A stretch of 64,000 bases of DNA from Camelus ferus. Its lineage: Eukaryota. The notes under the pieces are model-generated. The model ran no database searches. It was not told where the DNA came from and was given only the letters and a program-made list of their open reading frames with translations. A program made the translations under genes and the position numbers. Positions 13,712 through 27,300 of the stretch are shown one piece after another. Location of the stretch: positions 64,978,001 through 65,042,000 of the forward strand of contig NC_045697.1 in the NCBI RefSeq assembly GCF_009834535.1, in the 5' to 3' direction. How positions within the stretch are numbered: position 1 is the first letter of the stretch; every line of letters starts with the position of its first letter.

Positions 13712-14193
13712 TTGTGCAGGAAGAATAGTGGCCATGTATGTTTATATAATAGGCAGCATATTGGTATCTTAATCTCTGAAACCTGTAAACATATTGTCTA
13801 CATGCAAAGGAATTTTGCAGATATAATTAAATTAAGGATCTTGTCCAGATTATCTGGGAGGGCATAATGCAATCACAAGGGAAAGAGAGAGATGAAAGTG
13901 TCAGAGCAGGAGAGAATTTGGAAGATGCTGCAGTGCTGACTTTGAGGATGGAGGGAAAGGTCATGAGCCAAGGAATTCGGTTAGATACTGAATCTAGATA
14001 CTGGAAAAAGCAAGGGTGCAGATTCTCCTCTAGAACTTCCAGAAGGAATACTGCTCTGCTGAAACATTGGTTTTAGCCCCATTGAGAGCAATTTTTTATT
14101 TCGAGCCTCTAGAACTGTAAAATAATATATTTATGTTGTTTTAAGCCACTAATTTTGCAGAATTTTTTGCAACATCAATAGAAAACTAATACA
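13712..14193 (+). mobile_element. MaLR solo LTR, MLT1D-like
   Basis: ggaattttgcagatataattaaattaaggatc, gagccaaggaa, gattctcctctagaacttccagaagg, tgttgttttaagccact, terminal aactaataca. Confidence 0.85.
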
Positions 14194-15076
14194 AATAGCA
14201 AATATTTTATTTTTACCAATGAAATATAAAGTGTAACCAAATTTCTTCTTTCAGCAGATACAGTTATACCACCTGCAAACATTTTACTAGAGTAATTTTA
14301 GAGTATAAATAAACATCTCTAAGGATGGCAAACTTAAGAGAAGTGATTTAATTGTGAAAGGCAGCTTCCATTCTGAAAGAAACTTTTAAGTCAAGGAAAG
14401 GTAAAACTCTTTTCATTTCCTTATTGCTTTATTTTTGTAAAACTTAAGTTTATAAACAGGGACTGAGGCCTGTAGATGTGACAAAGGATAAATGCATGAA
14501 AAATAATTGAAATGTTGTCTTCAATCTCAAGTCTGCTTTACACACATTATACTTTTGACGTCACAACATGAAATATACACACATGTTTATAGAGATAAAA
14601 CTTTGCAAATGATTGTGAAATTCTTTTAACTGTTTCACTTCCTCATTGGTGAACACCTAGAAACTAATATTCTCATTTGATAGAATAAAATATATTGAGA
14701 TAAGAATTTATCCTGGAATAAATGATGAAAAAAGTTAGTGACTCAAAGGATATTCTGGTTAAGAGCATTTTCATCAAATACATTTATAAATCAAGTAGAA
14801 TGCCAAAGTGAATTTTCCTTAATTTCAGCAATATGTTGGAAATGTATGCCATGTAGTACAATTACATAAATGACTCCATCATTTCAGCAGGAAAACACTT
14901 TGCCAAAATATTAATATAGGATATTATTAAATTATCTCCTCAAAAACATGACATTCTTTTAATATTTTCTCATTCATACACTTTAAGATAAATATATTTT
15001 GAGAGATAGCATTTGATAGTACTTAGAGTTAAGAAGTCTTGTTTTCTATGGCTAAAACTTTGAGCCAATATGCAAA

Positions 15077-15145
15077 TTAAAATAAATATAAATAAGATAA
15101 TAATAAAATAAAATAATAAAATAAAATAAAATAATAAAATAAAAT
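15077..15145. repeat. (AAAAT)n-like low-complexity tract
   Basis: Direct reading. Confidence 0.85.
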
Positions 15146-16661
15146 ACTTGCACCTTAGAGGTGTAAAAATAATCAGCAATAAATTAGAGCTTCATACATA
15201 ATTCTAAGGTAATCTAGTCTCAACTAACAATACTGCCAATTTACTATAAAGGAGCATGGGACAAAATTTGACAAAATCCTCTCTAATCCAAATACCAGTT
15301 TAGTACATAGTCTTATGATGCATACAGTAATTTGTGAGATGTAGTATTACATGTATTTAACTTCTGAACGCTACTTTTCAAAAAAATCGGTTAGCCTTCT
15401 TAAATATTTCAAGGAATCCCAGATTCTTAGATTTGAATGAGACTCCCAAAATGTTTTATAGTCTAAATAGCAGCATTTTCTTTGGCTTTATTCCTCATAA
15501 ATGTCCATCCAACCCTAGTTTGAGTTACTTTATGAATAATCTTTCCTTTACCTCACATTGGCCAACTGGCCAGAAATAAGATAAAACAAAATATTAGTTT
15601 GAACTTACTTTTATTTCAAAAGAGAGGTCAAAGGCAAGAAGTGCACTTTGGCCAATGGGAACAAGTACAGGTAACAGGAAATCTTTTTAATTTAGTTAAT
15701 CTCTATAACATTTGTATTCTATAATATATTAATTGTACTCAAGTCCTAGGAATGTGTATCATTAATGAAATAATTAGAGATGTTCACAGATATTAATATA
15801 TAAAGACGCTCATCATAGACCTTTTTATAATTAATAATTCGAAAACATAAATATTCAAAAATAGTGAATAAATAAACTAGGGCTTATTTATACCTGGGAA
15901 TGCTATGTATACATAATTAATTTTTCAGAGAATATATAATAAAACAGGAGTAAGTTTAGGAAAAAATAGATTCAAAATGTTAAAAAAACTATTAATGCTT
16001 CATGGTGATAACATTAAAAAATAATATATAGTCAAAATGGCATATATCCTTGTTTGTACACAAATGCAAGGAGACTCTTTGACACAGTTGTAGATAAAAT
16101 GAAAACATCATGAAGGAAATTAAACTAGTGACAACAGAAATAGAAGTGCTTATTTTGGTGGTAGAATTGTGGGTAATGTTTTATTTTCATATTCCCATTT
16201 ACTATTTTTTTCAGACTGCACACATTAAGCATGCATCAGTTTTTGGTTTTCCTCAGGAAGACATTAACTAAAAAGCAAATCTGTTTGTTTTTCTAGTAAT
16301 GTGTTGAAACAAAACTGATGGCTCTTCTGCAGAAAATTCTTTAGTATTAGTGAAAGACTAATGGCAGTTCCACTCTACCTGGTAAAACTAACTTCAATAC
16401 CAAGAGCAGTGAAACCAAGTACATCAAAATGTATGTGTGTTGTGCTTTATGTTTACCTTGACTTTTTGATTTATGCTTGAAAATCAAGTATGAGAAGAAA
16501 CAATTCTATATTGATAGTTTTGTACTCTGGCTTCCTTTACCTCACCGTGGCCTGCCATTTGTTTTGTACATTCTGTTATTATAAAGTCTCATAAGTTTGC
16601 AGTTATAGGTATTTTCTACTCAATCTCATTGATTTTTTTCTGTTTCATTTGTTTGTGCATC

Positions 16662-16845
16662 TGAAACAGGAGGGAAGGGGGTGAGGCACAACCACAGCAG
16701 TTGAGGACAGGATAAACTGGCTAGAACCAAGATGGTAGAAGATTTGACTTCCAGTGGACCTTGAGTCTCATGGCACACCCACAGGTGCCATTATAGTTCC
16801 CAACTAACCATAAAGGCCAAAAAGTGGGTGGAAGCCCAGTTCCTG
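16662..16845 (+). mobile_element. ERV1 LTR 5' fragment, MER41-like
   Basis: Begins tgaaacagg; ccaagatgg, cacccacaggtgccattatagtt and aaaaagtgggtggaagcccagttcctg are colinear with recalled MER41 segments. Confidence 0.55.
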
Positions 16846-17829
16846 TCCCTATATTTTCATGGTATTTAACTGTCCCTGAATACCTTGACATAAATTCTAG
16901 AAGTATCTTTTTAAAATTAGAAATGTAGATTTCTTATATATATATTTAAAAAAATAGTAAGTCAGACATTTCTATCTTTTCCCCATATTTATTCCTTTCT
17001 TCCAACTCTATACATGAATTGGAAGAGGATATTTCTGTGATTCTGTAGATTTCATAAACAAAGTTCTTTGTTTTTTAAAATTTCCATTATCAATAAAATA
17101 ATTGCTTTCACAACTATTCTATTTTGTATTTTGTATGCTTTGCATGCTTCATGAAATGGAAGATTTCATTCAATACCAAAACACTGAGATAATCTGGAAT
17201 TTATATGGAATCATTAACCCCCAAATTTGCCTATATGATGCCAAATATACAGATATTTGTTAAAAAAACAAATTGACTCAGTTTCCTATTTTTTCCTAGA
17301 GGTCCAGGATCATATTTACATTGCTAAAGAATGTTTCAAGAAATTTGACCTGTATGATTTTTTTCCATGACCCTATACCAATTAAAGTAATTAAATTTTA
17401 GAATGTCATTGTAGTTTGAATAAGACAAAATATTGACAGTAAATAACAATCACAATTTAAATAGAAAGTATAAGTAAATTCCATTTATTTGTTGCCTAGA
17501 ATATTTTGTATATTAAAAATATGTCAACAGCTCTTCATCTCAATAAATTTTCACCTTTGAACATCTGTATAATCTCCATGTGAACTGTAATAAAATTATT
17601 TTGAATAATAGTTCATTATGTAGGCTTTTTTCAAATGAACATACCTTTATCATATGACTATCAGCATTTTTAAGAAAGAAAAATAGTTATTATCAATGAA
17701 TAAAAAACATGTAGCTTAGACATTTTAAAATGTCAGTTTGATTTACCGTTGTATTATAGATTACAAAAACATCCTTACACTGTGAAAATGATCTGCCAAC
17801 ACAGATAAATCAAAAACAGTGTAGGGGAT

Positions 17830-17886
17830 TTAATAAACAATATTTCCATGCGAGGACTGTGGTTTTGGTGGTAGAAACTCTCTTCC
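17830..17886 (-). other. Candidate terminal exon (GREFLPPKPQSSHGNIVY*), gene unidentified
   Basis: Minus-strand acceptor TTCTTTTCCATTTTATCAG|G, phase-0 ORF to TAA; no homology recognised. Confidence 0.2.
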
Positions 17887-18274
17887 CTGATAAAATGGAA
17901 AAGAATTTTTTTGGATTCAAAAATTAGAGTAAACAAAAGAATGTAAACATAAATATAGAAATGCAAAGTCAAGTCCATTTTAATTATAGCATTGCTACCG
18001 TGATTTTATATGTAATATTTCAAATACCAATCAGCAATTTAGTATAACACCTCTATTTTAATGAGATAACTTCATGTCGTGATTTTGTTTTCTTAGCAAA
18101 GTAGAATTATATATAGTGATGATAAGATCACTAGCAGCAGATGAATGAAAACTTGATTTATGCTGTACAGGTACACAACTCTTTGTAAATAATCTTGCAA
18201 CCTGATACAGAAAGTGTCTATAATTCTGGCATGTTTGACATTCCCATTCAGTCCAACAACTTGTTGACATATAC

Positions 18275-18355
18275 TTAATTTGCTTCTTCTTGAAGGTGTT
18301 GCTTGAAGTTCCCTTCTACTTGACAGGTGCCTGACAGTTCAGCCTCACTCAGGGC
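18275..18355 (-). other. Candidate terminal exon (ALSEAELSGTCQVEGNFKQHLQEEAN*), gene unidentified
   Basis: Minus-strand acceptor TTTTCCCATTTTGTCAG|G; only phase 0 is open; protein-like composition; not in a recognised repeat. Confidence 0.25.
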
Positions 18356-19360
18356 CTGACAAAATGGGAAAATAATGCATTATCTAAACCCCCTTGGAAT
18401 ATCCATTTTATGTCATTTTATGACTCTGATAATGTTAAGACTACACAAAACTCAGTTCCTTTAGATATTGACTCCGGTTCACTTTTTTTTTTTCTTTCAA
18501 TTTTTTAGATACGTGTATATACCTTCAGTTTTCAACTGGACTCTTTCTTGAGGTGGCAAATGCTTTGCCCTACATTTCTCAAGCTATAACTGATGATTAA
18601 AATATATACATGTGAAATAAATTGAATAAAAATACATCTACTAGTTCTCCACCATTTCTATATCTTAGCAAGATGCAAAATTTTTACTATTCATGATACA
18701 AATAGTGCTTTTAGTGTCTGGCATCTTTGACAAATGTTTTCAGATGTTGTTCTTGGTTTGAATACATATTTATATCCATGCAGGCTTCTCAGATTTCTCT
18801 TCATAGTTATTCATGATGATGGATAGATATATACACACTTTCAAAGATGAGAGCATATGATTTTGTTTAAGGAACCGGCAAAAGTGTATTATATGTCAGG
18901 GCTCCTAAGATAAAGTATCTGACATCAAATGGGATTTCCAAAGGAAACAGACATTCTTCCATGAAAATCTGTTTAGCTCACTGATATCTGTGTGATATGT
19001 ACAAAATCCTTGGCATCACATTGATAAACTCTTTGTAACTGATCCACCATATATTCCTAACCTAATTAATTTCCTAAATTACCCTACCAATTCTCTGTTC
19101 CGACTCCTTGGTTCTCTAGCAATATGCGAGTGCCTTTGCTAAAGCCATTCCCAGAAATTCATCCCCATTCTTCTCTATCTGAAAAACATTCTTTCTAGTC
19201 TTAGAGATCTAACCCAAAGTCTATGAAATATTTTATTGATACTTTCACCCTTTGTTGCATTGCTTGTTATTCCTCCTATGCTTTGGAGCACATTTTGTAT
19301 TATTATCTTGTATTATTGCTGCTTTACTTTTAGATTAACTCTTATGTTACTTTTGATGTA

Positions 19361-20272
19361 TGTAATAGTCAAAGGCCCACTGGGAGGCAGAAACCACACA
19401 GTGATTTAAACAGGGAAAGTTTAATGTACAGAATAAATAGATGGACTATTGGAATAAGAAAGGATTGACTAGTAATAATTAAAGAGGACTCCATAGAATA
19501 TAGTAATAATCGGTATAAAGAGCAGTCACTGCCTCTAGGGCTGAGATGTTGCACCCAAGGAAAAATCTCCCATACCCCATGCAGGGCTAACATCCAGCCT
19601 TTGAGAGGACACAGCCATGGCTCACTGGAGAGTGGCCATGTCACTGAGGTGCTGTGATTGAAGAATTTGCCGGAAATCTTCCTTTTCAGATACTAAAGAA
19701 GCCACTTACAGGAAGTTTCTTAACTAGCACCACTTCTCTGCAAAGCTAAGGAGGCGCCACTTCTTCAGTGCTATGTCATCTGGGGAGTAGTGGAAAAAGT
19801 TATCCATAAGGAGATGTTGCATATTCATGGCAAAATAACCCAAGGGGATGCTGGAGTCCGCTGTTTCCCAAGGAAATAAGTCACTAGTATTTACCGCTAG
19901 ATTACAAAGTCACCCTAGTGGGTTTTGGAGGAAGTTGTCTACAGGGAGGTGCCAGGCCTTGAAATTCATTTTTAAGCTACCAGAAAGCCTACCAGAGGTA
20001 GCTAGTGGTTGCTGGGTGCTACAAGCCACCATGTGCTATAGGAGCCATTTTCTGTAGAAACTACTGCAGAAGCTTGATGAGAGGAGCACATTGGGATGAA
20101 AAAAGAGAAACCTTTCTTCCTCCAGTGTCCCTCTAGTACTGTTTATTGACAAAGCTTGAAAACCTGCAAGTTGGCAAAGGAGAAATATTGTTAAACCCCA
20201 TCTTCATTATTGCAGAGCAGGTAATGGAGGGTGGATTTAGAGCTATCAATTGGTGTAATTGAAATCGGCACA
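19361..20272 (-). mobile_element. Old ERV LTR (LTR78/79-like, subfamily uncertain)
   Basis: tg...ca termini; cagaaaccacacagtgatttaaacagggaaagtttaat at one end and gcagagcaggtaatggagggtggatttagagct...ggcaca at the other; higher GC than flanks. Confidence 0.5.
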
Positions 20273-20334
20273 ATATACTTATTTAGTGACCCTTTGAACA
20301 ACCTTTGAACCTTTCTTAGAAGACAGAAATTCTT

Positions 20335-20537
20335 TTTTAAAAAAACATTTTTTACTGAGTTATAGTCATTTTACAATGTTGTGTAGAATTCCAGTGTAGA
20401 GCACAATTTTTCAGTTATACATGAACATACATATATTCATTGTCACATTTTTTTTCGCTATGAGCTACCACAAGATCTTGTGTATATTTCCCTGTGCTGT
20501 ACAGTATAGTCTTGTTTATCTGTTCTACATATGCCTG
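20335..20537 (-). mobile_element. Young 5'-truncated lineage-specific L1 3' end with perfect 17-bp TSD
   Basis: T-rich tail then tagtcattttacaatgttgtg ... ccctgtgctgtacagta; agaagacagaaattctt at 20318-20334 and 20538-20554. Confidence 0.9.
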
Positions 20538-21989
20538 AGAAGACAGAAATTCTTATCCTTCTCTTTATGCCCTGGAATAGTGTTTTCCATACAAATGGCA
20601 ATCAAAAACATCTCAACTAAGTGTTAACACTTTTAACTACAACATTCTTATAAATATGATGTAAGTTCTATCTCTGACATTATACATGCAAGAATATATA
20701 TCATCACCATCAAAGACAACTACATTTACATAAGTGTGCCTTCATTTTGCTTAGTATAATGGAAGCATGTATATACATGTATGGATACATAATAAGTTAA
20801 TATCTAATTTATAGGTCTGACCAATCTCCAAATTAATCAAATGAGCTAGCTGAAAGTTAGAGGCAAGCTATTTTAAAACCTCAGAAAGATAAATGAAGTC
20901 TTGGTATCAGCTAGTTAAAAATATAAATTTCCACCCTTCAACAAAAAATGCTACACATTTATTTTTCTATTAATTTAGATAAAAAGAAAGTATAGGAAAT
21001 TGTTTTAAGTTTTTATACTTGAGCACTATAAAATATTTTACTAATGTTATATCAATGTATTGATGCCTGAAATACTTCAATCTTATATACCTAAATAGTA
21101 ATTTTTAAAATCTGTCTTACTGAATATTTGATTGTTTCTGATTTAGTTGCATTAAAATCTACCACTCCTAATACATTAAATCTTGTTGCCTTGTCTGTTT
21201 GTAAGTTTATATAGTGATTTCTGAAATATAACCAGGCAAAATAAATACCAGAATTTAGTAGAAAGCATCTATAAGGTGAAGGAAAGAGTGTTTGTATATG
21301 AAGGTAAAATATGCTAGAATTACAAATATTTTATATAAGTATCTTCTAAGGGAAGATGGATAAATATTTGATACAAAAGGGCTTAGGCACTTGACTCAGG
21401 TGTATAGATTAAATCCTACATTTATTCACTTGCTGTCTGGAAAAACAATTTAAAAGCCTAGATATTTCTTCAGAAAAGCAGAGATTCTAATAATAGTATC
21501 TGATATGGAATTTCTTTGGATTTAGTGAAATATTTTATAAAACTTGTAATTCAGTAACAGCTTGCAGTGCACTGCTTATGTGTGTTTAAAAACGAGGAGA
21601 GATAACTTTACAATGGATAAATACTATTAATTTTAAAGATAGGTAGGTGGGATTCCTTGGATAGTAATTTTTGAAGATTATTTTGGGGGAAGGTAAACAA
21701 ATAGTTCTTATATATGTGTCTTTTAGAATAAAATGGATATATCTGGAAAAACACAGTCATGATCTTAAGTGATAAAATCTCTAAAAGTATTATATGTTTT
21801 GCTGATTCATATAAGAAAAATTTATTGTACACAGTGACACATTGGATATATTATCACATTATAAATTCTAGCTTGTGTAATAAGTCACCTGTTTTCGTGG
21901 TAAAAAATAAAGATAGGTAAGGATATAGTGTACCTATATTTTCAATTCATCTCTCTCTTTTGAGGTCCGTACGTTTGTGTACAACCTTA

Positions 21990-23035
21990 CTGTCCATTGT
22001 GATGTGCATTTATCTTTCCCCTAAAATCTCCTCCCACTTCTTAACCATCTTTGATAATTTTCTAACTTTCACCTTATTACACCATTCAGGGACTTGGGAG
22101 TCATAGAAGACCTACATCTACCCACATGCAACATCTAATTGGTCACTACATCATATTGAATCTATCTCAAACTCAATTTTATATATTTATTTCTTTCTTT
22201 TCACTCTTCAACCTGTTTTTATTTCTAAATACCAACAATAACATCTTTTTGGCTATTTCTTAACTTAATTGTCTAGTTTATCACTATCCTTTATCCCTTT
22301 TCCCATCATCTACACAGTTGTGATTTTTAAAAATTATGATCCGATCATGTTACTCCTCTTCTTTAAACTTTTAATGCCATTCCCCCAATCATAAAGGCCA
22401 TATTCTTTAAGCCCTTAAGTTCTAGCCTCAGCCCACCTGTCCAACCATACTCCCTTTACTACTCATAAATATCTAATGTTCAATATCTTGTAAGTTGCTT
22501 GAAATTGCCATGATTTTTCATGCTTCCATATTTTTGAAAATCCTGTTTCATTCTATCATAATAATGTTTGATCTGTATCACTTGTGATTTTTCTTTGATG
22601 GCTTACCATATATTTGGTAATCTACTGAATTCTTTACATGTATTATCGGAACGCTATCGCAATTTGATGAGAAACAGATACAGTGAAGTTACATATCATG
22701 TTCAAGAATTATAAACAGTAGAGTCCAGCTAAGGGTATGATTGACACTAAAATCTGTGCAGTCAAAATGATGCTGTGAAACTACCTTATCATATTCATCT
22801 GTGTGAAATCTTTTCTGACCCATCTACACATGAGACGTTGATAATCATGCTGTCTTTTAAGTTATGACTAAATGCAAACCTGTTTCTGTTACCTCAAGTA
22901 TCACACAAAATTCAGTTGTGGTTTTTATGCCTGCCATTCCCATAAGACTGATATGGGGCGAGGGTTTTGTTGCCTTAACCTATTGCCCAATGTGTAGTTA
23001 TGCTCAGTAAATTATATTTGAATTCTTAAGTGAAT
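21990..23035 (+). mobile_element. Decayed L2 fragments (with probable MIR remnant at about 22600-22780)
   Basis: gatcatgttactcctcttctttaaac; 3'-like tgtagttatgctcagtaaattatatttgaat. Confidence 0.5.
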
Positions 23036-23914
23036 TAATGGTACAGATCCTACTTTCTATTTTTTATACTAGTTAGCTGATACAAGAGAGACTGGACATT
23101 TTATTAGTTCTGTCTTTTACCTTTGCATTCAGAAAACATTTCAGAAGGAAAATGGCATCTGAGATACGTGTTAAAGGATGATGAGATGTTAACAGGTAGA
23201 CACAGAATGAGAGATGGCATTCCAAACAGAAAGCTCAACTAAATAAAAACCTTTTCATCTATTCTAACAGACAGTTAATCTTCTGATTCAATGTGTTACT
23301 TGCAAATGATCTTTCTTTCAGACTTATTAGCTATTTATTTAGTTTTAAGGATATGGGCAAGTAGTAAATACATGCAAAAATCAGAGGAACCTCTCTTGCA
23401 TTAACCTGATGATATGCTATCCCACTGGAATCCTTCTCCCCACTTAGAGCCACAGAGCCTCACTGGAGGTACTCCTTCACTGTTTGTGTCCCTTCTGTCA
23501 TGTGAGGCTCACATGAAGCTTATATAAGACACATCTGACCACACTGAATTTGTTTCTGCCTATGGACAGCTACCATTTTGCAATACATAATTGAAAAATG
23601 TTCTTTACATAAACTTCTTTGAAGCCACAACTATATATCACATCTGTGATTTTATATGCATTATGTCCATCATAATAATTCTACAAAGCACATTTCCTTT
23701 TTTTGTTGTTTTTAATGAGGACGTTTACGTTGCAAGAGTCTCATTCTCACCATATATAGCTAATCACTGTCATAGGTTGGTGATTCAAAACCATTTTTTT
23801 CTGTCCTACACCAAAACCTTTGCTTTTTCAGCCAGGCAGCTCTGTCTCTCAGCATGAACAAAGGTTCTGATGATAGGAGTGCATGTTACGTATTCTGAGA
23901 GTGATCCAGAAAGT

Positions 23915-24117
23915 AGACAGTTTTAACCAAATCTGAGATTTTCAGTGTTGTGCATTAGAATCCCCTGGGGAGGTTCTAAAATTTATTTTCAGGTTTAACC
24001 GCAGTCCTCCATCACAGACAAATCAAATCACAATCTCTGAGAGGGAGGCCCTGCATCAGAAGTTTATTTTAAATTCCTGGATCAGCCTCATATGTAGCCA
24101 ATACTGAGAGCCACTGC
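23915..24117. mobile_element. hAT-Charlie MITE, MER5-like
   Basis: gcattagaatcccctgggga ... aatcacaatctctgag ... tgagagccactg terminus. Confidence 0.65.
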
Positions 24118-24159
24118 ATATGTACAGGGGCACAGTGTTTTTCAAAAAACATGACTGTT

Positions 24160-24320
24160 AGAATCAGGGCTGCAAAATAGAACCCCAGCTGCCTTATTAG
24201 TGACTCTGTGACCCTAGGCTAATTATTAAATCACCAGTTATTTTCCTAGAAGATAGGAATACAGTAAAATATGTAAAGTATTTAGTATATGGAGGAGGTT
24301 TAATTAATAGCAATTCTTAC
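24160..24320 (+). mobile_element. MIR fragment
   Basis: ctctgtgaccctaggctaattatt; tatgtaaagtatttag. Confidence 0.45.
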
Positions 24321-27300
24321 TATTTAAAAAGAAACAAGATAATTTTGAAAAATGATACTAAGCCCATGTTGGGAAATATTTGACTAAGTACAGGAGAGGA
24401 TTATCATGAGTGTAGATGACAAAAACAGATTACAGATTTTTTTTTACTAAGATGCCTATGATTTTTAAAAATGTCCTATTTACACATTCTTTGCAGTATA
24501 TAATCCTTGGTTTTAATTACATACAGTTTTTAATTGGTATAAGGTTATAAATTCTCAGTTATCTCATAATGATGAGAAAGGATAAAAGAGTGTCTGGTTT
24601 TGATAATGTATGAATGATGAAAATTACGGTGTACTTTGTTTTACTAAGAATCAGATATTTTTCAGATGAATAGAATTTTAGATGTATTAGCTAGCAGTTG
24701 TGTAATACCATTCACATTCTCTCTTTTTAGACATTAGTGATCTTAAATAATTTAGAAGCAACAAACAACAACAGAAGTTTAGCTATTTTATATATTGAGA
24801 CACTTTCACATTCACTTCTCATTTGGTTCTCACAAGCCCCTAGACAGGGGAAATGAAGAACTTGTAGGTGGTTAGATGGCTTATAGGGACAGGGCTACAA
24901 AAAGAACCCTTCCGTTCTAACTCTTAATCTAATTTTTTTTAAATAAATGACATACATACTTATTTGGAATATGTTGAAAGTCTGGAAACTAAGAATTAAT
25001 GTTTTGGGCCAGATATGAGGGCAGCCCCATGAACTTGGCATGACTAGATGATAGGAATTTGGGGAGTCACTCTACTTCTTCATAGGTCTAAGCTGAAAGT
25101 CAGAGAATCAATCAAGATAGAAATTTTAAAATTCTCAAAAGATCAAAGAGGCAGCACTTGCTCGACCAAAGTCTATATGGTTCAAGACATTAATTCAGCA
25201 AACAGAAAGAGTAAGAAAACACCACTGTGCAACCTTATGTAAAACATAAATAATCCTTACTAAAAACTCCCTTTGGCTTAAGGGAGTGTCAGAATCCTTG
25301 TAAATATCCCAGAAATAGTGGTGTGATGTCATCTTCAGTTTCCTTTCAGTAGGTAAACTTCTTCAGTTCTGTATTGAATGCATCTTCGACATAGTTGATA
25401 TTTTAGAAAACAGTGATACATAGTCAAATGTTTTAATACTCCATTCAATTCAGATTCAAAATTTACTAAAGGTGATACCCATTAAAAATACTTCATTGAA
25501 TTATTTATTTTATTGTAAATTGTCCAAATTTTTACTCTCTTTATGTTAATTTTGTATCAGTTTAGGTGTCTACAATTTCAACTTAACGAGATAACCTAGA
25601 TGCAATACTAAATTTAATTCTCTAATGTATTATACATATCTTTTTAAAGGTAAACCAGCTAAGTACAGGTAGCTATTATACGTGGAAGTATGCATAAAGC
25701 ATTGTAAGTTTGACTTAACACAATGATAGAGAAATTGATAGATAAGTTTAAATACACATATATGTACGGCCAATTTGAAAATTATATATGATTTAAAATT
25801 AGGTATTTTAAAATTGTTAAAAATACATGCCTTGGTCCAACAAAATTTAAACCAAAATTAAAAAAATTTTTTTTAAATTTCTAAAATTTTTTAAATTCTT
25901 GTAAATAATTCCAGTACAGAAATACATAGAACAAAATGTGACAGAAAGAGGTACATTAAATTTAGATTGTTAGTACCTCTGGCAATGACAGAACAGGTTT
26001 AGAAGGAATACAGGGTCAGCAACCTTATTTGTAATGCTTAATTTCTTTAAAAAAAAAAAAAAAAGGAAAGTTAAAATGACAAAATGTTTTCATTGACAAT
26101 TACAGATGCTATATACAGAAGACTTAGTTATAGCACGTTTTAATTTCCCAAAAATCTTTAGAGACTTAAATTAGATTTTATCACTAGGTAATTGAACTGG
26201 ATTTAATTTCTTTAATATCCTAGACGTATCTGAACTGAACTTTAAAATAGCTTATTAATTCTAGAAGCATTCATTTCTGCATTCATTAATTTGATACCAA
26301 AAAAACCCCAAATCATTCTACTTTGATCACCTTCCAAAATAGGTTGAATTTCTTCCCTACACATAAAACCCTAAGACATCATAAAGGCTATTTTGGGTAA
26401 TACTTCCCCAAACATAACGAAACAAAAAGGGAGTGCTTTCCTTTTCCATTATCATGTGACGGGTCCTCAAGTTGAAGCAGTTCTGCAACTGAACCCATGT
26501 AGTGGTTCATAACATGAACACTTAAATATTTTCCCCCTCCCTTATGTTTTGTTGCTGGGGAAGTTAAGGGTGATTTGAATTAGAAACAGATGAAAAGCCA
26601 AACTAAGAACCTTATTATGAATGATTTCTTGTCATTTAGATCTGACATAAGCCATGCATAAATTTTAAAAATATCATTAAAATAGTATACCAACCAAGTA
26701 TAAAATGAAGTGGAAACCTCAAAAATGTAACAATGCCAGTAGAAAAGCTTATAAAATTAAGAGAAATTAATAGCCTTTTAAGAATTTTATATAGGCAACT
26801 CTGAAGGAAATCAAAAATGAAATATTCTTTTTTTGTAATTTATAAGCAGAAGCAATATCAAGACCAAAGTGAGTGTAAAGTTTAATGGAGGATATATTTG
26901 CTTCTAATAAATAATCAAAAATAATATTATAAGGTTATTTATGTGTCTTTATATAATCATAAGCAATTGTAATTGCTATAAGAGAAATTTTTTCCTATTT
27001 AATCTCATGAAAGTTAATAAAATGCATGAATTGTTTTTCTGTATAGCCCATATAGTCTGATAGGCACAGTGAGTGTAATGGCAAAAAGTAAAATCTAGTA
27101 ACTAGAAAATTTCATGACACCAGTATAACCAGCCCACTGCAAATTCAGGTCAAAATAATCATTACAAATGAAGAGATTTGGATACATCTTATGGAAATTA
27201 TCATAAATTGACTAGATAAATGAAAATTAATATTCTTGATTTATTTTAGTAGAAAGCATAATCTTGGCTAACAGAAAGGAGATAATTTTCAAGGGCCACA

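Noticed and set aside
808..14076. ORFs 808-1026, 8888-9139, 11311-11520 and 13867-14076
   Set aside because: All lie within MLT1 LTRs or L1 3'UTR sequence and are chance frames.
25120..25410. Short peptide-like frames (KIKEAALARPKSIWFKTLIQQ on +; INYVEDAFNTELKKFTY on -)
   Set aside because: No adequate splice acceptors; length is within chance expectation.
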